A stretch of DNA of 64,000 nt from an uncultured Thermoanaerobaculia bacterium (lineage in GTDB: Bacteria > Acidobacteriota > Thermoanaerobaculia > Multivoradales > Multivoraceae): contig OX638294.1 in assembly GCA_951812325.1 (NCBI GenBank), forward strand, positions 529,136-593,135, given 5' to 3'. The position numbers were made by a program, and so were the translations under genes. The notes under the pieces were generated by a model. That model searched no databases, was not told the DNA's origin, and saw only the letters and a list, made by a program, of their open reading frames with translations. Below, in pieces: positions 57,027 through 64,000 of the stretch (its first letter is position 1; every line of letters begins with the position of its first letter).

Positions 57027-57209
57027 ATGGCGATCCTGTTTCTCACCATCACCGTCATCGCGATCTGCGTGGTCCTGATGTCGGTCGGCGTGCTGCTGAG
57101 CGGTCGCTGCCTGCGTGGGTCCTGCGGCGGCCCGGACGTTCTCGGGCCCGACGGCGAGTCCCTCAGTTGCGCCAACTGTCCGCTGAGACGCGCGCAGGAG
57201 GACACCTGA
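57027..57209 (+). CDS. nqrM: Na+-NQR maturation protein NqrM (DUF539-like)
   Basis: 60 aa. It has one TM helix followed by GSCGG...C..C (LRGSCGGPDVLGPDGESLSCANCP). It sits in the canonical position after apbE. Confidence 0.7.
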   Translation: MAILFLTITVIAICVVLMSVGVLLSGRCLRGSCGGPDVLGPDGESLSCANCPLRRAQEDT

Positions 57210-59407
57210 TCGGCGCCGGAGGCGATCCGGAGCGCCCGATCCGGATCACCCATCACGGCGAGGCGCAGCCGTTCTCCCGCGGGCTTCTTGCCCGCAGCCT
57301 CTACGCGGCCGGACTCGACTTCGACCGGGCCTACCGGCGCGTGGAGCAACTGCAGCGACAGTTGCAGCGCGAAGGCACCACCGGCCTCGAGAAGCGGCAG
57401 CTCGCCCAGCGGATCGCCAAACTCCTGGAAGCGGAAGAAGGCGCGGACACTGCTCGACGCTACCGGCTCATTCGTCGCCTCCGACGGCTCCCCAAACCGC
57501 TCATCATCTACATCGGCGGCGCCGGAGGCGCCGGCAAGTCGACTCTGGCGCTCGACCTGGCGCCTCAGCTCCGCATCTACCGGATCAACGCCACCGACAC
57601 GGTGCGTCAGGTCATGCGGATGGTGTTCGCTCCGGCGATTCTGCCGGCTCTGCACGTCTCGAGTTACGAGATGCCCGCGGATCCCTCGAGCGATTTCGCT
57701 CCGGGCGCCGCCAGACCCCAGATGGCAACCCTGGAAGAACAGGCCACGCGGATATGCGTCGGCGTTCGGGCGGTGGTCGAACGGGCGATTGCAGAGAACC
57801 TGAGTCTGGTCGTCGAAGGCGTCCACCTCCTGCCCGGCCTGGTTCCGTTCACCGATCTCGAGGGCGAGGCCTACCAGTTCTTCACCATGCTCTCGACCCC
57901 GGACGAGGAGATCCACCGCAGCCACTTCCTCGCGCGCGAGTCGCTTGGCGTCCGCAGGCGCAACCGGCAGCTCGACCATTTCCGGGTCATCCGCGGGCAA
58001 CAGAACCACCTGTTGCATCTGGCCGAGGAAGCGGGGGTTCCGATCCTCGACACGACGGAGCGGGAGGAGCTGCTCCCGACCGCGATCGCTCTGATCGGCC
58101 AGAGCCTCTCACAGCGCCTGCCCTGGCTCACCCAGGCATCGGCGACATCTCTCAGCGAGCGGCGCACACCGGCTCTCCTCCTCGTGGTCGACGGTCTGCC
58201 CGACCGGCCGCTGCGATCGCTTGGCGCGCGGACACCGCTCGAAGCCGCGCGGACGCCCACGCTCGACCGACTGGCCCGGGAAGGGGTCTGCGGGCTGGCC
58301 GACCCGGTAGCTCCCGGCGTGGTCCCGGATACGGCATCGGGAAACCTCGCGCTGTTCGCCCAGTCGCCCCGGGTGATGACCCGGGGGCCGATCGAGGCGC
58401 TGGGCGCCGGCCTCAAACTGAAGGCCGGGACAATCGCCATCCGGGGCAACTTCGCCACCCTCGATGAACGCGGCTTCGTCGTCGATCGCCGGGCCGGACG
58501 CATCCGCAGGGGGGCCGGGAAACTCGCGAAGGCAATCGACCGACTCGACCTGCCGGCCTCGGACCGGGTCAAGATTCGCGTCCGGGCCACAACGGAACAC
58601 CGCCTCGCGATCACGCTGCGCGGAGAAGGCCTCACGTCGGCCATCGAAGGCTCCGACCCGGGCGACGGCGCTCCGTCCGGGCGGCCCCTGGCGCCGAGAC
58701 CCCTCGATCCGAACGACGACGGCGCCGAGCGCACCGCGCGCATCCTGGCCCTGTTCGAACAGGAGGCGAGACGCGCGTTGTCGCGTCATCCGGTGAACCG
58801 GGAGCGCCGTGAGAAGGGCGAACTGCCGGCGAACTCCGTCCTGACCCGGGGTGTGGGCCGCGTCCACCAGCTTCTGCCTCTCGAGCCGGGCGGTCTGCCG
58901 ATCAGCGCGGCCTGCATCAGCGGCGATCGGACGGTGATGGGCATCGCCTCGGCGCTCGGCGCGGCCGTGATCCGTCGCCGCGGCATGACCGCCAACATCG
59001 ACACGGACCTGGGCCTCAAGTTCGACCACGCCGTCGAGGCCCTCGAAGAGCACGACCTGGTCATGGTCCATGTCAAGGGCGCCGACATCGCGGCCCACGA
59101 CCGCCGCCCCGATCTGAAGGTCGCCTTCCTGGAGCGACTCGACCGCGAGCTCGGCGCGCTGCTCGAGAAGCTCGAGAAGCTCGCGCAACCGATCCGGATC
59201 GCCGTGACGGCGGACCACGCCACCCTGTCCGAAGCGGGCGCCCATGGCGCCGATCCGGTGCCGGTGCTGATCTGGGGCAACGGGATCGCGGCCGACTCGG
59301 TGACCAGCTTCGGTGAACGCGCCGCCGGCGCCGGCAGGTTGAACCGGTTCCCGCTCCAGCTCCTGATCGAGCGGCTGTTCGAACAGCACGGCGACCAGGC
59401 GCCGTGA
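57167..59407 (+). CDS. fusion protein: 2-phosphoglycerate kinase-like P-loop domain + cofactor-independent phosphoglycerate mutase (ApgM-type)
   Basis: The N-terminal half has an ATP-cone-like PFSRGLLARSLYAAGL and a P-loop IYIGGAGGAGKSTLA. The C-terminal half has LLLVVDGLPDRP, TPTLDRLAREGVCGL, PDTASGNLALF and ADHATLS, which fit the alkaline-phosphatase-superfamily mutase. The start is uncertain (the TTG 57167 ORF overlaps the nqrM end). Confidence 0.7.
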   Translation: MRQLSAETRAGGHLIGAGGDPERPIRITHHGEAQPFSRGLLARSLYAAGLDFDRAYRRVEQLQRQLQREGTTGLEKRQLAQRIAKLLEAEEGADTARRYRLIRRLRRLPKPLIIYIGGAGGAGKSTLALDLAPQLRIYRINATDTVRQVMRMVFAPAILPALHVSSYEMPADPSSDFAPGAARPQMATLEEQATRICVGVRAVVERAIAENLSLVVEGVHLLPGLVPFTDLEGEAYQFFTMLSTPDEEIHRSHFLARESLGVRRRNRQLDHFRVIRGQQNHLLHLAEEAGVPILDTTEREELLPTAIALIGQSLSQRLPWLTQASATSLSERRTPALLLVVDGLPDRPLRSLGARTPLEAARTPTLDRLAREGVCGLADPVAPGVVPDTASGNLALFAQSPRVMTRGPIEALGAGLKLKAGTIAIRGNFATLDERGFVVDRRAGRIRRGAGKLAKAIDRLDLPASDRVKIRVRATTEHRLAITLRGEGLTSAIEGSDPGDGAPSGRPLAPRPLDPNDDGAERTARILALFEQEARRALSRHPVNRERREKGELPANSVLTRGVGRVHQLLPLEPGGLPISAACISGDRTVMGIASALGAAVIRRRGMTANIDTDLGLKFDHAVEALEEHDLVMVHVKGADIAAHDRRPDLKVAFLERLDRELGALLEKLEKLAQPIRIAVTADHATLSEAGAHGADPVPVLIWGNGIAADSVTSFGERAAGAGRLNRFPLQLLIERLFEQHGDQAP

Positions 59408-59926
59408 ATGGCGAAGAAGATCCAGCGACCGGTCCAGCGACGGGCGGATCTGGCCGGCGGCCGGGGCTTCGCCTGCGTCGCACTGGACCGGCCCGCCGAT
59501 CCGGTGAACGTCGGCCACGTCCTGCGCGCCGCACTCTGCTTCCAGGCTCGCATGATCATCCTGGGCCAGCCCTCGAAGGACATCGACGTCCGGCGGCTGC
59601 CGACGGATCCGACCAGGGCCTACCGGCACGTTCCGGTGATCGAAGTCGACGATCTGATTGCCGCGACCCCTCGCGATGCCGCTCTGATTGCGGTCGAGAT
59701 CGTGCCGGACGCGATCGCACTTCCCGACTTCGCTCACCCCGAGCGGGCCTGCTACGTCTTCGGCCCGGAGAGCGGCGCGGTTTCCGACCGCATTCTCGAA
59801 CGGAGCGACTGTCGTCTCCGCGTCCCCACCGCCGTGTCGCTGAACCTCGGGATGACGGTCGGGGTCGTCCTCTACGACCGCTGCGCCGATCGCTGGCGGC
59901 GCACCGACGACGAACCCGGAGGCTGA
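59408..59926 (+). CDS. SpoU/TrmH-family RNA 2'-O-methyltransferase
   Basis: 172 aa. The sequence DRPADPVNVGHVLRAA, then YVFGPESGAVSD and VPTAVSLNLGMTVGVVLYD, fit the SPOUT knot motifs. Confidence 0.75.
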   Translation: MAKKIQRPVQRRADLAGGRGFACVALDRPADPVNVGHVLRAALCFQARMIILGQPSKDIDVRRLPTDPTRAYRHVPVIEVDDLIAATPRDAALIAVEIVPDAIALPDFAHPERACYVFGPESGAVSDRILERSDCRLRVPTAVSLNLGMTVGVVLYDRCADRWRRTDDEPGG

Positions 59927-59927
59927 A

Positions 59928-60620
59928 TCAGTCCGGCGCCGTCCCCGCGGCCGGCTCGGCGAAGAGCGACAGCAGCGGCAGCCCGGCCCGCTCGCGCACG
60001 GACCGGCGCACGAGGCGCTGCCTGAGATCCGGCAGCCTCTTCTCGTCCACGCGTCCCGCCATCCGGTCGAGAACCTCATCGGCCCCCGCCGTCACCGCGT
60101 CGCGCTCCGCCGGCGGCAGGGACTCGAACGCCGCCGCCGTGAGCTCGACGTCCAGGTCGGCCAACCGGACTTCGACCTCGGGCGCCGGACCGCTCAACTC
60201 GAGCAACCTGCTCCGCCAGGCATCGACATCCGCCAATGCCGCCGGCAGCGCCGAGGCCAGCAGTCCAAGCCTTGCCGGCACATCGATCGCGGAGGGCCTC
60301 CGACGCACTGGCGGCGCCGCCCCCAGTTCCCGATACAGCGCCCACGCCTTCTCCACCGCCGCCCGGCAGTAGCGCAGACTGCCGACACGGCGCTTCGGCG
60401 CCTCCGGCGACGCGGCCAACCGCTCGGCCCGGCGCGCGAACACTTCGCGGATGCTCTCCAGGACCAGCGCCAGCGGTATGCCTTCCTGCCGCCACTGTTG
60501 CGCCAGATGCCAGTCGGCGGGATTCAGCAGCAGCGGCGATCCCCGCAGCCGAATGAACTCCTCTTCGATCACCTCGAAGTAGTCGCCGTCTCCTGTCTCG
60601 GGATCCGCCCCCGGCTTCAC
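59928..60620 (-). CDS. hypothetical helical protein
   Basis: 231 aa from GTG 60620, which overlaps the birA stop (GTGA). I recognise no family. The longer ORF to 61097 overlaps birA out of frame and is rejected. Confidence 0.5.
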   Translation of the reverse strand: MKPGADPETGDGDYFEVIEEEFIRLRGSPLLLNPADWHLAQQWRQEGIPLALVLESIREVFARRAERLAASPEAPKRRVGSLRYCRAAVEKAWALYRELGAAPPVRRRPSAIDVPARLGLLASALPAALADVDAWRSRLLELSGPAPEVEVRLADLDVELTAAAFESLPPAERDAVTAGADEVLDRMAGRVDEKRLPDLRQRLVRRSVRERAGLPLLSLFAEPAAGTAPD

Positions 60621-61435
60621 GCCTCGATGACCTCGCCCGAGGAGATCGTGCGGAGACCGGCCGGCGTCTCGAGCCGGAAGCGGCCGCCTTCGTCGAAGCC
60701 CGCGAACCGGCCGGAGATCGTCTCGCCGCCGATCCGGCAGCTCACGTGATCGCCCTCGCGATGGGCGCTGCAGCGACAATAGGCATCCAGGGTGTACGCG
60801 TGGTCTCCGGCGCGGCCCAACTCGCGTTTGAGCGTCGTCGCGAGCCGCTCGACCACGGCTGCCCGCGCGGGCGGACGTGCGGTTTCCAGAGCGAGCGATG
60901 TCGCCGCCGGCGTCGGCAGTTCGCCGTCGACGCCGAAGTCGTAGTTCACCCCGAAGCCGATCGCCGCGGCCATCTCGCCCCGGCTGCCCGCAACCGTCTC
61001 GATCAGGATGCCGGCGATCTTGCGACCGTCCACGAGGACGTCGTTGGGCCACTTCAGGCTCGCCCGGCCGTTCACGAACTCGGCCAGCCCGCGACACACG
61101 CCGATCCCGGCCAGGAGCGGCAACGCGCCGAGCTGGTCCTGCAGCGGGCCGGCGCCGGTGACCGGCAGCGGCTGCAGCCAGGTGCAGTAGAGGCCGCGTC
61201 CCGCGGTGCTGACCCAGGACCGCCCCTGTCGTCCTCGGCCCTCTGTCTGTTCAAGTGCCACGACGAGGGCCGTCTGCGGCATCGACCCCTCTTTGAAGAA
61301 CCGTTCGACGAGGGCCTTCACGAAACGGTTCGTCGAATCGACCGTGTCCATCAGGACCAGGTTCTCCGGCAAGCGCTCCGAACGGGCGCGAAGGTCCCCT
61401 GCGAACCGGTCGAAGTCGGTAGAACGGCGCTCCAT
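60617..61435 (-). CDS. birA: biotin-[acetyl-CoA-carboxylase] ligase
   Basis: 272 aa. It has the biotin-binding loop GRGRQGRSWVS and KWPNDVLVDGRKIAGILIE. There is no N-terminal HTH repressor domain. Confidence 0.85.
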   Translation of the reverse strand: MERRSTDFDRFAGDLRARSERLPENLVLMDTVDSTNRFVKALVERFFKEGSMPQTALVVALEQTEGRGRQGRSWVSTAGRGLYCTWLQPLPVTGAGPLQDQLGALPLLAGIGVCRGLAEFVNGRASLKWPNDVLVDGRKIAGILIETVAGSRGEMAAAIGFGVNYDFGVDGELPTPAATSLALETARPPARAAVVERLATTLKRELGRAGDHAYTLDAYCRCSAHREGDHVSCRIGGETISGRFAGFDEGGRFRLETPAGLRTISSGEVIEA

Positions 61436-61685
61436 CGGGGCGGGAGCCTAGCAATCGCGGAGCTCGACGACGACGGGCGCGCCGATGGGCCTGCCCCGAA
61501 GCGGCCGGCAGCCGGGCGCCATCGCCGGCAGCGCCGGGTGCCCGGCTTCCGACATGAGATCACCGCAAACCCCGCAGCGGGCATCGCTGCGCGCGCCGGA
61601 ACTCGCCGCCGGTTCGCTGCCCGAGAACGTTGCCGCCCGGGCAGCCTCCGGAGCAGCCGGGCTTCAGGCCGCGCCCTCTTGCCGC

Positions 61686-64000
61686 TCAGAGCGCCAGGAT
61701 CCCGGTCACCCGGCGGCGCTGCTCCTCCAGTTCGGCGAGGCGGGCGCGGTTGCCCTCGACCACGTGAGCCGGGGCCCTCTCGAGAAACCGGGCGTTGGAA
61801 AGACGGCCGCGGGCGCCGGCGATCTCGGCATCGATCTTCCGCAGGTCCCCGTTCAGCTTCGCCCGCTCGGCCTCGCTCATCGCCGGCGCCTCGACCTCGA
61901 ACGCCAGGTTCAGGCCGGCGGCACGATCCCGCACCAACCCGACCGGGCCTTCGCCCGCCGTCACCTGGCCGACGCCGGCGACCGCGTCGAGGAGAGGCGC
62001 CTGTTCCACGACGAAGGCGACCAGACTCTTCTCGCCGGCCTCGACGAAGACGGACATCCTGACGGCCGCGGCGAGGTTTCTCTCGCGGCGAAGGCTGCGG
62101 GCCTTCTGGACCACGGAGACCAGAACGTCCATGCCCCGCTCGGCTTCCTGCGACCGGAGTTCGTGATCACCCAACGGGTAGGCCTCGGTCGCGATGCTGC
62201 GGAGTCCCGCGGACCCGGGCGCCGGGGCGCGCGGCAGGCGCTGCCAGAGCTCCTCCGTCAGATGCGGCATCACGGGGTGCAGCAGCCGGAGGCTCGCGTC
62301 GATGGCGAACAGGAGCGTCTCGGCGGTCCGCGGCCGCGGCGCCCGTCCGGCGAGCGCCGGCTTCGCGAACTCGATGTACCAGTCGCAGAGCTCGTGCCAG
62401 AAGAAGTGGTAGAGCGCGTTGCAGGCGCGGTCGAAACGGAACTCCTCCAGGGCATCGTTCACCGCCGCGGCAGTCGCGGAGAGACGCGAGAGGATCCACC
62501 GCTCCGGAGCAGCCAGGTCGTCACCCGTCAGAGCCGCGGCCGAAGCCGGTGTCGCCGCCCCTGCGGTGCGTGCCAGCGCGAAGCGGACCGCGTTCCAGAT
62601 CTTGTTGCCGAAGGCCCGATAGCCGGCCATCCGTTCCAGGTCGAGCGGAATATCGCGCCCGGGCACGTCGAGCACCGCCAGCGTGAAGCGCATCGCGTCG
62701 GCCCCGTACTCCTCGACCAGGTCCATCGGGTCGACCGTGTTGCCCCTGGTCTTCGACATCTTCTCGCCGTGCGGGTCGCGGACCAGCCCGGTCAGATGGA
62801 CGGTGCGGAACGGGATGCCGCCATGGAAGTGGTTGGAGAGCATGACCATTCGCGCCACCCAGAAGAACAGGATGTCGTAGCCGGTGATCAGGACGTCCGT
62901 CGGGTACCAGGTGCGGAGGTCCGCCGCCTGCTCATCCGGCCACCCGAGAGTCGAGATCGGCCACAGCCCGGAGGAGAACCAGGTGTCCAGGACGTCCGGA
63001 TCCCGGGTCAGGTCCGTCGTCCCGGCCATCTGCTCGGCCTCCTCGCGGTTCATCGCCACGTGGCAGGCCCCGTCCCGGTCGTACCAGGCCGGAATGCGGT
63101 GTCCCCACCAGAGCTGACGCGAGATGACCCAGGGCCGGATGTTCGTGAGCCAGTGCTTCCACGTCTTGTCCCAGGAATTCGGGATCAGCTCCAGGCGTCC
63201 TTCTTCGACTGCCGCGAGCGCCTCCTTCGCCATGCCGGAGACGTCGGCGAACCACTGCGGCGACAGCATCGGTTCGATCGGCTCGCCGCTGCGCTGTGAA
63301 TGCCCCACGCTGTGCACATGCGGCACGGTCTTCACCAGACGCCCTTCCGCCTCGAGACGCTCAACGACGCGGCGACGGGCCTCGAATCGGTCGAGACCCT
63401 CGAACCCGGGCCCGGCCTCGGCGGTCATCCGGCCGTCCAGGCCGATCACCCGCACGCCGGGGAGGTCGTGCCGGCTTGCGATCTCGTAGTCGTTCGGATC
63501 GTGGAACGGCGTCACCTTGACCAGCCCGGTGCCGAACTCCGGATCGACGTGCTCGTCGGCGACCAGCCGAAGACGCCGTCCCAGGATCGGAAGTCGGGCG
63601 AAGCGACCGGCCAGGCGGCGGTAGCGCTCGTCCTCCGGGTGGAAGGCGACCGCGGTGTCGCCGAGCATCGTCTCGGGGCGGGTGGTCGCGACGATCAGCT
63701 GTTCCCCACCGGAACGATCACCCTCCCCCCCGGACTCCAGCGGGTAGGCCAGATGGTAGAGGGCGCCCTCGACCTCACGGTTCTCGACCTCCAGATCGGA
63801 GACCGCGGTCCGCAGCACCGGCGACCAGTTCACCATGTGCTCGCCGCGATGGATCAGGCCCTCCCGGTGGAGGCTGACAAAGGCCGTGCGGACCGCGTGC
63901 GCCAGACCGTCGTCGAGAGTGAACCGCTCGCGAGACCAGTCGCACGAAGCGCCCAGGCGCTGCAACTGCCGCCTGATGTTCGCGTGGTACCTGTGCTTCC
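61686..64000 (-). CDS. valS: valyl-tRNA synthetase (N-terminus beyond the window edge)
   Basis: It has the KMSKTRGN (KMSKS) motif, an anticodon-binding domain and a C-terminal coiled coil. The frame stays open to nt 64000. Confidence 0.9.
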   Translation of the reverse strand, partial: KHRYHANIRRQLQRLGASCDWSRERFTLDDGLAHAVRTAFVSLHREGLIHRGEHMVNWSPVLRTAVSDLEVENREVEGALYHLAYPLESGGEGDRSGGEQLIVATTRPETMLGDTAVAFHPEDERYRRLAGRFARLPILGRRLRLVADEHVDPEFGTGLVKVTPFHDPNDYEIASRHDLPGVRVIGLDGRMTAEAGPGFEGLDRFEARRRVVERLEAEGRLVKTVPHVHSVGHSQRSGEPIEPMLSPQWFADVSGMAKEALAAVEEGRLELIPNSWDKTWKHWLTNIRPWVISRQLWWGHRIPAWYDRDGACHVAMNREEAEQMAGTTDLTRDPDVLDTWFSSGLWPISTLGWPDEQAADLRTWYPTDVLITGYDILFFWVARMVMLSNHFHGGIPFRTVHLTGLVRDPHGEKMSKTRGNTVDPMDLVEEYGADAMRFTLAVLDVPGRDIPLDLERMAGYRAFGNKIWNAVRFALARTAGAATPASAAALTGDDLAAPERWILSRLSATAAAVNDALEEFRFDRACNALYHFFWHELCDWYIEFAKPALAGRAPRPRTAETLLFAIDASLRLLHPVMPHLTEELWQRLPRAPAPGSAGLRSIATEAYPLGDHELRSQEAERGMDVLVSVVQKARSLRRERNLAAAVRMSVFVEAGEKSLVAFVVEQAPLLDAVAGVGQVTAGEGPVGLVRDRAAGLNLAFEVEAPAMSEAERAKLNGDLRKIDAEIAGARGRLSNARFLERAPAHVVEGNRARLAELEEQRRRVTGILAL

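Noticed and set aside
59928-61097. 389-aa minus-strand ORF spanning the birA region
   Set aside because: Its upstream 159 codons overlap birA in another frame and are Arg/Pro-rich noise. The plausible gene starts at GTG 60620, overlapping the birA stop.

Overview
GC-rich bacterial chromosomal fragment with about 45 protein genes. I saw no rRNA, tRNA or CRISPR array. Gene order, left to right: an FHA/vWA pair, mutL, recO, mgtE, a RidA-family gene and an F420-type LLM oxidoreductase. Next is a ~17 kb defence-like block (7.4-24.6 kb). After it come a CoA-transferase, GST, TerC, a complete F420 biosynthesis cluster (npdG, cofE, cofD, cofC, fbiC) with a second LLM oxidoreductase, DUF4230, a PaaK-like ligase, a TAXI-TRAP transporter, a PQQ-propeller protein, an M16 peptidase, a CinA-like gene, an enoyl-CoA hydratase, an NfuA-like gene and a Uma2 nuclease. 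The window ends with the full Na+-NQR operon (nqrABCDEF-apbE-nqrM), a 2PGK-ApgM fusion, a SpoU methyltransferase, birA and a partial valS. Headline: the 7.4-24.6 kb block is a Zorya type I-like operon (zorA/zorB motor, zorC-like, SNF2 zorD-like). It is arranged head-to-head with a two-gene operon that, as far as I know, has not been reported with Zorya. That operon encodes a 1259-aa protein with a circularly permuted sigma70 domain and a 1415-aa DEAH helicase with a DUF1998/MZB Zn domain. The sigma fusion and the ZorD-like protein share a ~440-aa C-terminal module, which links the two operons into one candidate six-gene system. Second theme: an unusual density of tandem duplications of about 72-78 bp, plus one of 118 bp and one of 153 bp. 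Six of them are anchored on a stop codon. Third theme: a ~254-bp MITE-like element family with terminal inverted repeats and a conserved twin-hairpin core. One core copy lies in-frame inside the sigma-fusion gene, and one full copy supplies the 3' tail and stop codon of apbE. All functional calls rest on motif recognition by eye; no HMM or BLAST search was run. Many long ORFs in the supplied track are antisense or off-frame artefacts of the GC-rich sequence.
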